Assembly: GCA_040754495.1 (NCBI GenBank)
Contig: JBFMCO010000031.1
Coordinates: 1 to 54,032, forward strand
Direction: 5' to 3'
Length of the DNA: 54,032 bases
Origin: Candidatus Micrarchaeota archaeon
Lineage (GTDB): Archaea > Micrarchaeota > Micrarchaeia > Anstonellales > Bilamarchaeaceae
Positions 46,142 to 54,032 of the stretch are shown in pieces (the stretch's first letter is position 1; each line of letters begins with the position of its first letter). The notes under the pieces are model-generated. The model did not search any database, had not been told where the DNA came from, and saw only the letters and a list, made by a program, of their open reading frames with translations. The translations under genes and the position numbers were made by a program.

Positions 46142-46459
46142 ATGGAACGCCAGCAGACCGCGCCCATAAAGCGCCTCAGGCACCTTCTCACCTCGGGCAA
46201 CCTATGGCTCTATCTCCTCTCGCTAATCAGGAAGGAAGGGGAGCTTTATGCGTATTCCCTTGATGAGCGCATAGAGAAGGAGTTCCTCTTCAGGCCGAAC
46301 AAGATAATGGTCTATGTCGTACTTTACCGGCTGGAAGGCGAAGGGCTTATCTCGTCGCAATTCAAGGAGCGGCGGAAGTACTACCGCCTGACCGGCAAGG
46401 GGGCGCAGGCGCTGGGCTCGGCCCGCGAATATTTCAAGGCGCTTGCCGGGAAGCTCTAA
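46142..46459 (+). CDS. PadR family transcriptional regulator
   Basis: LYLLSLI..GELYAYSL, VYVVLYRLEGEGLI, RRKYYRLTGKG. Confidence 0.92.
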   Translation: MERQQTAPIKRLRHLLTSGNLWLYLLSLIRKEGELYAYSLDERIEKEFLFRPNKIMVYVVLYRLEGEGLISSQFKERRKYYRLTGKGAQALGSAREYFKALAGKL

Positions 46460-46490
46460 TTATATTCCTTTGCCGATATACTATCCCAGC

Positions 46491-47360
46491 ATGCGGAAAC
46501 AGATTCATCATGCTGATTCGCCCGTCGGCCTCTCCAGGCGCGATTTTCTGAGGGCCGGGGCCGCAGGGCTTGCGGCGCTGGCCGCGGGAGGGTGCGGGGC
46601 GGCATTGAGGAGCACTCCGGCTTCGTCGGCATACTCCAGGCACGATGATTTCCACGGCCGCTACCCCGCAAGCTTCCGGCCCGAATACGGGAACCTGCGG
46701 CAGTCCCGCATGGTGCGGCTCGCAGGGATGGAAGTGCCCGTGCTCTTCCTTGACAAGACCCTGGCGGAGCTTGATGCGTCAAGCCGGGAGCTGCGCCGCC
46801 ATTCGGAGACGCCTGATGGGAAGAGCGGCGAAATCCTAACCTTGCGGAGGGTGCGCCTGAGGTCCCCTGACGCAGACACCCTAGTTGGCGACCGCCTTCG
46901 CGAACTCACGGCCAGCATGCTAAAGCAGGATGACGGACTCGACTGGACCCCGGAAAACGGCGCCATGGCGCCGCTTGGAGACGTTAGCGCCGGATATGCG
47001 ATTGAGGGCGGGACCCACAGCCTCGGGCTCTTCTTCCCTCCCCTACTGGATTTTCCCGGAAGCGGCGGGACCCCCGGCATGCGGCTCTTCGACGCTGCGG
47101 CGTTCCCGGAAATAGTCAGCTCCGTTGCCGGGCGTGAACTGCGGCGGCTGCTCGCCGTTGTCGAGAGGCGCCCAAGCCATATGAACTTCCACTTTCTTGC
47201 AGCCGATGAAAGCGGCAACCCTCTTCAGAGGCACATAGGGGGCTATCTGGCATGCGGTATCACGTTCTACCCCCGCTCGCTCGGTCTGAGGGCCGGGCCC
47301 GGCCTCCTTATCGAGCGGGGCGGCAGGGACCCGGTCGACGGCCGGCCCGTCCTGCCCTGA
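46491..47360 (+). CDS. Hypothetical Tat-exported lipoprotein
   Basis: LSRRDFL twin-arginine motif followed by AALAAGGC. Confidence 0.7.
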   Translation: MRKQIHHADSPVGLSRRDFLRAGAAGLAALAAGGCGAALRSTPASSAYSRHDDFHGRYPASFRPEYGNLRQSRMVRLAGMEVPVLFLDKTLAELDASSRELRRHSETPDGKSGEILTLRRVRLRSPDADTLVGDRLRELTASMLKQDDGLDWTPENGAMAPLGDVSAGYAIEGGTHSLGLFFPPLLDFPGSGGTPGMRLFDAAAFPEIVSSVAGRELRRLLAVVERRPSHMNFHFLAADESGNPLQRHIGGYLACGITFYPRSLGLRAGPGLLIERGGRDPVDGRPVLP

Positions 47361-47396
47361 GATACGCTTTAAGGCTTTGCCCGGCCAACTTGCGCT

Positions 47397-47939
47397 ATGG
47401 CCAGAATCGTCATCACAGGCTCGCCCGGAACCGGCAAGTCCGTTATATCGCGCGAGGTCGCGCGGCTTCTTTCGCTCGAGATTATAGACCTCAAGAGAAT
47501 CGCCCGCGGCCGCGGCCTCGTAGGGAAGGGCCACGAAGTGGACATCCGGCGCCTTTCCCGGGCGCTTTCGTTCCTTTCCGGGAAGAGGGATTATGTCGTG
47601 GAAGGGCATCTGGCATGCGAGCTCCGAATTCCAGCGGATTACGTATTCGTCCTCCGCGCCCATCCATCAGTCCTGCGCCGGCGCCTTTCCAGGCGCGGCT
47701 ACGGGCATAAGAAGCTGGAGGAGAATCTCATTGCAGAGATGCTCGACTACTGCACCCAGAGGGCGCGGGCGGTCTACAGGAGGAAGCCCCTGGAGCTCGA
47801 CACCTCTCGCAGGACGGCCAGCTCATGCGCCAGGGAAATCGCGGAAGCGATAAAGCAAAAGAAGAAAAAACTTGACATGGTAGATTACACCAAGGACCTA
47901 CGCAGGCATCTGGGCCTGAACAGGATGGGGGACGGATGA
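47397..47939 (+). CDS. Archaeal adenylate kinase, AK6/Fap7 type
   Basis: ITGSPGTGKS, VVEGHL, VFVLRAHP..L..RL..RGY..K..EN..AE. Confidence 0.92.
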   Translation: MARIVITGSPGTGKSVISREVARLLSLEIIDLKRIARGRGLVGKGHEVDIRRLSRALSFLSGKRDYVVEGHLACELRIPADYVFVLRAHPSVLRRRLSRRGYGHKKLEENLIAEMLDYCTQRARAVYRRKPLELDTSRRTASSCAREIAEAIKQKKKKLDMVDYTKDLRRHLGLNRMGDG

Positions 47940-47968
47940 CGGCCCGATATATGGGACGGAATCCGGAT

Positions 47969-48002
47969 GAAAACCCCACTTTGAAGACGTAGGGGGTTTT
48001 CA
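47969..48002 (+). promoter_or_regulatory. Conserved leader hairpin directly upstream of the scpB start codon
   Basis: GAAAACCCCACTTTGAAGACGTAGGGGGTTTTCA-ATG; 9-bp perfect stem; matches the trmI leader. Confidence 0.6.
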
Positions 48003-48503
48003 ATGAAGGAGGAAAAAAGGATAATCGAGGCAGCGCTCTTCATGAGTTCCCGCGCCATGTCGCTCGAGGAGTTCCGCACGCTCACAGGCATCGGCGCCCT
48101 CGGCTACATCCAGGGCGTGCTGGAGGAGCTTCGGAAGGACTACGACGAGCGGGGGAGCGCGGTCGAGATTACCGAGGCGGACGGGAAATACTCCATGCGC
48201 GTCCGGGGCGAGCTTCTGCCCCGCGTCAAGCAGTTTGCGCAGGACACGGAAATCAGCCGCAGCGCCCTGCGCACGCTCGCGTACCTCTCCAAGCACGACG
48301 GGATGCTCAAATCCGAACTGGTGAAGAGGATAGGCACGCACGTGTATGCCGACGTGAAGGAGCTTGTCGAGAACGGCTTCCTCAAGCCCCAGAAATCAGG
48401 CCGCTCTGCAAAGCTCACGCTCACGGACAAGTTCAGGAAGTATTTCGTGCAGGAGAAGCAGGAGGCCCCCCCGGAATCACAGACCACCCTGCCGACGCAA
48501 TGA
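48003..48503 (+). CDS. scpB: SMC-Scp complex subunit ScpB
   Basis: IIEAALFMS, ISRSALRTLAYL, VKELVENGFL, LTLTDKFRKYF. Confidence 0.92.
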   Translation: MKEEKRIIEAALFMSSRAMSLEEFRTLTGIGALGYIQGVLEELRKDYDERGSAVEITEADGKYSMRVRGELLPRVKQFAQDTEISRSALRTLAYLSKHDGMLKSELVKRIGTHVYADVKELVENGFLKPQKSGRSAKLTLTDKFRKYFVQEKQEAPPESQTTLPTQ

Positions 48504-48520
48504 ACATTGTTTTGCTCGTT

Positions 48521-48678
48521 GCTGACGTCGCATAACCTGGTAGTGCGCCGGTCTTGAACGGTTTCCGGCACCCAGTTCCCGGTTTCCGGTTTTGTGTTCT
48601 GGAAACGGGAGACGGGAAACCGGAAACCCGCGATAACCGGTCCCCTGTGGATTGCAGGTTCAAATCCTGCCGTCAGCG
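48521..48678 (+). tRNA. tRNA-Ser(TGA) with a 76-nt intron at 37/38 (48559..48634)
   Basis: GCTGACG/CGTCAGC acceptor stem, G73, D arm GCAT/GTGC, anticodon stem CCGGT/ACCGG, long variable arm, T arm GCAGG-TTCAAAT-CCTGC. BHB with AAC/ATA bulges and a 9-bp intron stem GGTTTCCGG/CCGGAAACC; one mismatch in the central helix. Confidence 0.92.
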
Positions 48679-48876
48679 ATTTTTGTTCACCTGCCTCGCC
48701 CTCCGGGCTCGGCGTGAACAACCTCAAGATAAATCGCTGGACTTGAACCGCAGTTCAAGCGCCCAGCGATTTTGTTAAACGCCCCCGCTTCCTCTCGGGA
48801 AGGCGGTGCCGGGCAATAAAATTGGCCCGCAGTTAGGGTCCCCAACATATTTAACTTCTCTATCCCCTATCCCTGC

Positions 48877-49191
48877 ATGCAAGCAGACCAGAAAAAACCG
48901 AGGCTGCTGATTAGCGAGAAGGACATCGACAGGGTTGAGAAGGAGACCCTGGAGCTGGTCATCAGAATTTTGCCCGAGATCGAAAAAAGCCTCGCGAGCT
49001 GGGACGGCTTGAAGCACAAGCCCCCTGCCCTTAAGAAGAAGTTCGACACTTACAGGAAGCTCCACGGGGACCTGAGCGCATGGGCAAGGAAAATGCTGGT
49101 CCCCTCGGGAAAGGCCGGAAGTTTCGACGAGAGGGTGGACCGGATGTGGGCGTTCATTTCAGTCTCCAGGGCCATAAAAAAGGTGGATTGA
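48877..49191 (+). CDS. Hypothetical protein (104 aa, helical)
   Basis: TATTTAA ~22 nt upstream; stop abuts the TTG start of the next gene. Confidence 0.65.
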   Translation: MQADQKKPRLLISEKDIDRVEKETLELVIRILPEIEKSLASWDGLKHKPPALKKKFDTYRKLHGDLSAWARKMLVPSGKAGSFDERVDRMWAFISVSRAIKKVD

Positions 49192-52100
49192 TTGGGCGTA
49201 TTCAGGGAGCGCCAGCCGGTGGATGAAACGCAAAGGCTGACCCAGCTCCAGGCCGAAGGCCCTATAAGGCAGCAGCCGCAGCCGACGCCTGGAGCGCAGC
49301 AGGCCCAGCCCGTATCGCAATACCGTCCCCCGGAAACCCCCCAGGTCCAGGATGCGAGGCAGGCGCAGCAGTTGTCTTCAAGCCTGTCGCAGACCGGGCA
49401 GAGCCTGACACGACCGGCTGAGACCGTGGCATCCCAGCTTCCGTTTACTGAAAGGGCGGCGCAGCAGAGGCAGGAGGAGATCACCGAAGGCAGGAAAACG
49501 GCCGAAAGCGAGTTCCCTTCGGAAACGGCCATCGTCAAAAGCCTTGGCGACAAAGCTTCCGAAGAGATGGGCAAATCGAAGGAGGCGCGCGCTGCAGGTG
49601 ACAAGAGGGGCGCACTCGATCACGCGGAAAAGGCGTGCGCCCTGTACAACGAGGCGGCGGAGAAAACGTCCGCCCTGGAGAAGCTTAGCGCCACCGTAAG
49701 CGAACTTAAGTCTGAGAAGGCCCTCGAGGAAGTAATCACCGCCCTGAAAGCCCCCGTTCCGCTCGACAAACTCACCCTCTCATCCGCCCGGGAGGTTTCG
49801 GAATACGCGGCATCCGCTTCGGCGGATCTTAAGACGGCGGCTCTTAAGGACAAGGCCGCTATCGGCGCCATCCACGCCCGGGGCATCGCCGCGCTGAAAG
49901 CAGGAAAGGCGGATGAGGCATCGCTCCATAAGGAGCTCGCAAAGGCTTATCCACGCGCCGGCCCGAAAAACAGGAAGGTCATCGAAAAGGCCAGTTCGGA
50001 ATCGGCAAAGGGAAGGATGGGGGCGGCAGATGTGCTTGCCATGATGAGCATGCTCCGGAAGTCCCCATCGGGAGCCGGCATCCCCCCGGGAAAAATACGG
50101 GAGCGCATCGTTTTATTGCAGGCAAAACTAAAAGGGCTTTCCTCCCTTCCCGGCTTGGCTTCGCGACTTGCTGAAATCGAAGCGCTCGTCGGGCCTGCAC
50201 TAAGGTACATCGCAAAGGCCGAGGAGATGCGTAAAACGGGCGACGATGCGAAAGCCGGGGAATACGAGGACCTAGCCGTCCGCCATCTTGATGAGGCGGA
50301 GTCTCTGGTTGCCGGGCTCGAGAAACCGGGCGCCGTCCCATCACCGCCGCCGGCAGCGCATGCAAAGCCTGAAGCCAAAGCACCTGCAAGGCCGGCGCTG
50401 GGCATGCCCGAAGCGGCGCCGCCAAAGCCTGCGGAAATTCCGGAAGAACCCGGGACGCCGCCCGGACTGACAGCATTCCTGAACGCGGAATTCTCAGGAC
50501 GGGATGGCGAGCTGAAAGGCTTGCTGATGGCCACCGGAGAGAAGCCGGAGGATCTGCTGAAATCCCTGGGGGGCATCTATGTCGAGAAGATAGCTGGCGT
50601 CATGCCGAAATTGAAGGATGACGCTCTTGCCGCCGCGATGACACACCTGGTTTCCATGGCCAAGCCGACCTTGGAGGACCTGGAGTCCGCGAGGGATTTC
50701 TATAAAAGCGTGACGATGGTCGCACCTCCAAAACCCGAAGCAGCAAAAGCCGCAGAGGGGGCAGAAGAAGCGGAAAAAGGAATACCGGCAGACCTCATGG
50801 GATTCCTGAAGGCAGAATATGCGGGGCGGGAAGGTATGCTGGAAGACCTGCGCCGGGCGGCCGGAGAGAAACCCGAAGGCCTGCTTAAGGCGTTGGGAGG
50901 GATTTATTCTGAAAAGATAAGCCGCGTGATGGAAAAACTGAAAGAGGACCACCTGATCGTAGAGGCGATGAGCCACCTGACCTCGATGGAGAACCCCACC
51001 CTCGGAGACATAAAACTCGCCCGTGAATTCTATGAACGCGTGGCGCCTGCGTGGGAGGAAAAACCGCGGGTAAAACTGAAAGCTGAAATCGAATACGCGT
51101 TCGCTCCCGCCGCAGCGAAGCCTGCCCCGCCGACCGGTGCCGTGACCACACCAGCCGAGGCGAAGGTCCCGCCGGCGCCTGTACCTGCGGCCGGAGCAGC
51201 GAAAGCGGCAGAAAAACCGGCTATCGCGGCGGGGCCGTCGTCTCCGGTCAAAGCGTTCCTGGAAGAAGCTGAAAAGCTCGGAACTGCTCTTGCGAAAGCA
51301 AGCCCCTCGCTTGCAGCGCAGCTTGATTCCATGCTCGCCCCCCTGCGGGCAAGTCCGTCTCCGGAAGAGGCGAAGCGCGCCCGCGCGGCTGCGGCCCTTT
51401 CTGAGTTTTATCTCGGGACAAAAGACCCTGAGAGGCGAAAAGAGCTCGAGGCCGTCCTGATGAATCTGGCCGGGGGCAAAATAAAAACCGAGAACGCTTT
51501 CCAATACCTCCTCATATTTTCCGAAAGGGCCGAAGCGGAGGCGCTGGGGAAATCCGACAAGGGCAGGGAAAAGGCGGCTTACGAAATTGCAATTGCTGAA
51601 ATGGGCAAATTGGCCGCAAGGACGGCAAAAGGAGAATCTATCGGTGCTGACGAACATGGGAGAGCATCAGCGCTCGTGCTTTGCGCGCGGGCCTTTGCGG
51701 CAGGCAAAAGCAAGGTTGACAGGAATTACGCGCTGAGCCTGAGCAGGCGGCTTTCGGCCGGCGAGATAGCCACGGATGACGCGATATGGCTCGCAAATCT
51801 CCAGCTCACGCGTGCCGGGACCCATTCGGCGATAGTTGATTCCCTCAAAGGGAAAGAGGAGAAAAATGTCCTGGTCAATGCCAACGCATACTACGATAAT
51901 GCGGCGATGCTCTTCGAGCGCGGCGACAAGAGGGGCGCGGAAGCGGCGCTGGGGATGGCCGCGCTTTTGGCGGGCGCCGCGGCGCACGGAGACAAAGGTG
52001 CTGAGGCCGTGGCCTTCGTCTACTCGGTCATGGGCGACTACAGCGGGAGCCCCGCCGCCAGGGAAAGGATTCTTGGAAAGGCCCCGGACGAGCTGGGATC

Positions 52101-53913
52101 AAAGATTGCTCCGGTGCCGCCGGCCGCCCCGCTTTTCCGCGCGGCCGCGTCTCCTGGCTCATCTTTCGAGAAAGAGCTTGGGGCCGGCGGATCCTCGATG
52201 TCGCTCTTTGCCCTTGATCTTGCCCGCCACTCTGAGAAGGTAGAAAGGCTGGACTTCGAATCCGATGCCTCTTTCATAGGAAAACCGCATGCGAAGAAAA
52301 AATTCGACCATGGCAAATCGCGTCTGGAAAAAGCCTCCGTGAAAGCCGGAAAGGCAGGAAAACCGGATGAAGCGGCCAGGCTTGGGGAGGAGGCGGAACG
52401 ATGCGACTACGAAAAAATGAAAGCAAGGGCCGACGACTCCCGGAAGCTTTATGATGAAGGCGCAAAGGAAGTCGAAAAATCCCTGGAGATCATGCGAAGG
52501 GCCGTCTCGCTTACGGCCGAAGCCGGAAAGGAGACCGATCCGAAAAAGGAAGCGGAACTTCTCTCCGGGGCTGAGGCGCTTTCAAAGGAAGCTTTCGAAT
52601 TGAACGCGAAGGGGATGGCAATAAAGAACGCCGCAAAAAGCGGGATCGATGCGCTTTCTGCGCTTGGCGACAGCATAACCGGCGTGAGCACCCTGCATCG
52701 CGAGAGAGGAAGGAGGGAGCTCGATCTTGCAGCGGCCGCATTCCACGATGTCGGCCTGAAGATCGCCGGGACAGGGGCAATAAGCGCCGCCGACGTGGCA
52801 CGCATGGAGGCCGCGACCGATGCCGCGGCAGCAGGAAAGCTTGCCGTGGAATTCGAGAAAACGCTGACCAGGGTGATCGCAACCGAAACGGCAAAGTACA
52901 AGGAGCTCGTGGCGCGGGACGAGGAAAATGCCGGGAAATACTGTCCGGACGGCAAATGCATCCTGATGCCGGTTCCAGAAGGAAAAAAGATACTCGCGAA
53001 AGACTCCGAAGGCAGGCCGATCACAGGGAAAACAAGCGAAGGCAGGGATATAGTGTGGACGACTCCTGCCTACAACGCCGCCGATATGAAAGAACGTCTT
53101 GCGAGGGGCAAAGCCGCGCTTGCGAAAGAAGACGTCGCAGGTGCCGTGAAGGCAAGAGCCGGGGCTGCGGCGGCGATGGCTCTGTACGAGCGCAGGACGT
53201 CCGTCGTGCTTGCAAGCCGGGGCCTTCTGGCGGACTCGGGAGACGTGGAGATGGCAACAGGCGTAATGAACGAGTTCAAGACATCCGACCTGCTCGCTTC
53301 GCTGAGCGAGGCCAGCGGGTATATGGGATCTGGAGACCTTGACACGACGATGAAGAAGCTTGCCGGATTCGACTCGGAATTCGAAAAGATGCTCGTCCTG
53401 CAGTCCGCTTCGAATGTGGCCGCAAAATGGGACAAAATAGCCTTCGCGTACGAATTGAGGGCGAAGGAATTGCGCGGCTTCGGCACGCCGACGGAAGAGG
53501 AAAAACGGGAAGACGAGGTTCTCAAAGCGAAAGGCATTGAGCCGGACAAGCGTGCGAAGGATGAGCACAATGCGCATCTCAGCGCGGTGAGACTATTCAT
53601 AACCGCTCCCATGGCCGCGGGCGCGGAGGTTGCGGGGACGGAAGCGCTCATGCATGCCGCTGCGGCCAAAGCGGAACTTGAGAAGATGAGGGGAATGGGT
53701 TCCGCAGAAAGAAGAGCCGGTCTTGAGAAACTTGCCGGTGATGCATGGGGCGGGGCCGGCGCTTTCGCAAGAAGAGCCAAAGAGTTTGAGCTCGGAAAAT
53801 GGGCTGCCGATGAAGCCCTCAGGGGATTCGATCTTGCTGCAAGGCATGACTGGGGCGAAAAGTTCCGGAAGCCGGCCATGGACGCCTTCCAGCTCGGCAT
53901 GCTTCTTTCATAG
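49192..53913 (+). CDS. Giant Ala/Glu/Lys-rich alpha-helical protein (1573 aa) with an internal ~85-aa duplication
   Basis: Uninterrupted ORF; Q/P-rich N-terminus; repeats at ~50458-50712 and ~50785-51042; no signal peptide seen. Confidence 0.85.
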   Translation: MGVFRERQPVDETQRLTQLQAEGPIRQQPQPTPGAQQAQPVSQYRPPETPQVQDARQAQQLSSSLSQTGQSLTRPAETVASQLPFTERAAQQRQEEITEGRKTAESEFPSETAIVKSLGDKASEEMGKSKEARAAGDKRGALDHAEKACALYNEAAEKTSALEKLSATVSELKSEKALEEVITALKAPVPLDKLTLSSAREVSEYAASASADLKTAALKDKAAIGAIHARGIAALKAGKADEASLHKELAKAYPRAGPKNRKVIEKASSESAKGRMGAADVLAMMSMLRKSPSGAGIPPGKIRERIVLLQAKLKGLSSLPGLASRLAEIEALVGPALRYIAKAEEMRKTGDDAKAGEYEDLAVRHLDEAESLVAGLEKPGAVPSPPPAAHAKPEAKAPARPALGMPEAAPPKPAEIPEEPGTPPGLTAFLNAEFSGRDGELKGLLMATGEKPEDLLKSLGGIYVEKIAGVMPKLKDDALAAAMTHLVSMAKPTLEDLESARDFYKSVTMVAPPKPEAAKAAEGAEEAEKGIPADLMGFLKAEYAGREGMLEDLRRAAGEKPEGLLKALGGIYSEKISRVMEKLKEDHLIVEAMSHLTSMENPTLGDIKLAREFYERVAPAWEEKPRVKLKAEIEYAFAPAAAKPAPPTGAVTTPAEAKVPPAPVPAAGAAKAAEKPAIAAGPSSPVKAFLEEAEKLGTALAKASPSLAAQLDSMLAPLRASPSPEEAKRARAAAALSEFYLGTKDPERRKELEAVLMNLAGGKIKTENAFQYLLIFSERAEAEALGKSDKGREKAAYEIAIAEMGKLAARTAKGESIGADEHGRASALVLCARAFAAGKSKVDRNYALSLSRRLSAGEIATDDAIWLANLQLTRAGTHSAIVDSLKGKEEKNVLVNANAYYDNAAMLFERGDKRGAEAALGMAALLAGAAAHGDKGAEAVAFVYSVMGDYSGSPAARERILGKAPDELGSKIAPVPPAAPLFRAAASPGSSFEKELGAGGSSMSLFALDLARHSEKVERLDFESDASFIGKPHAKKKFDHGKSRLEKASVKAGKAGKPDEAARLGEEAERCDYEKMKARADDSRKLYDEGAKEVEKSLEIMRRAVSLTAEAGKETDPKKEAELLSGAEALSKEAFELNAKGMAIKNAAKSGIDALSALGDSITGVSTLHRERGRRELDLAAAAFHDVGLKIAGTGAISAADVARMEAATDAAAAGKLAVEFEKTLTRVIATETAKYKELVARDEENAGKYCPDGKCILMPVPEGKKILAKDSEGRPITGKTSEGRDIVWTTPAYNAADMKERLARGKAALAKEDVAGAVKARAGAAAAMALYERRTSVVLASRGLLADSGDVEMATGVMNEFKTSDLLASLSEASGYMGSGDLDTTMKKLAGFDSEFEKMLVLQSASNVAAKWDKIAFAYELRAKELRGFGTPTEEEKREDEVLKAKGIEPDKRAKDEHNAHLSAVRLFITAPMAAGAEVAGTEALMHAAAAKAELEKMRGMGSAERRAGLEKLAGDAWGGAGAFARRAKEFELGKWAADEALRGFDLAARHDWGEKFRKPAMDAFQLGMLLS

Positions 53914-53966
53914 TCTAGGACAAAATTAGACGAACTTTTATAAATTGTCCTCCGTAGATACTATCT

Positions 53967-54032
53967 ATGGTCTGGCATCTACCAAAAGGAGATGAATTCC
54001 TCCCCAAAATATCCGTTGAAGAGTTAAGGCAA
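53967..54032 (+). CDS. Partial ORF at the window end (MVWHLPKGDEFLPKISVEELRQ...), product unknown
   Basis: TTTTATAAA (53936..53944) lies 23 nt upstream of the ATG; frame open to the edge. Confidence 0.5.
   Translation, partial: MVWHLPKGDEFLPKISVEELRQ

Noticed and set aside
29759-46459. Array as an integrated conjugative plasmid or provirus
   Set aside because: No integrase, relaxase, replication or capsid genes and no flanking att repeats; housekeeping genes lie close on both sides.
5114-48634. Heptamer runs as a CRISPR array
   Set aside because: Units are 7 bp, degenerate and adjacent with no unique spacers; no cas genes seen.

Overview
GC-rich archaeal chromosomal window with a compact gene layout. 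It carries Cdc48, RPA-like, Pop5, TrmI, Elp3, an EndA subunit, AK6-type kinase, ScpB and BHB-type tRNA introns. A DPANN archaeon, probably Micrarchaeota, is my inference from gene content and short genes, not from a database result. About 40 kb is housekeeping plus orphan genes. The standout is a ~12 kb tightly coupled minus-strand operon (41875->29759): six divergent paralogous polytopic membrane proteins sharing three motif blocks that recall CedA/VirB6-type channel subunits, then a 1283-aa Cys-rich lipoprotein, a triple zinc-ribbon protein and a GNAT-like protein. It is transcribed divergently from a ~1400-aa single-pass membrane protein plus PadR, with one TTTAAA box centred between the two start codons. 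The best reading is an uncharacterised cell-contact or macromolecule-translocation apparatus. Features missed by the ORF track: tRNA-Leu(CAA) with two introns; tRNA-Ser(TGA) whose intron is built from a 7-bp-periodic repeat family that also occupies four intergenic gaps; and a conserved hairpin directly before two unrelated start codons. No CRISPR array, rRNA or complete mobile element was seen. Family assignments come from motif recognition by eye.
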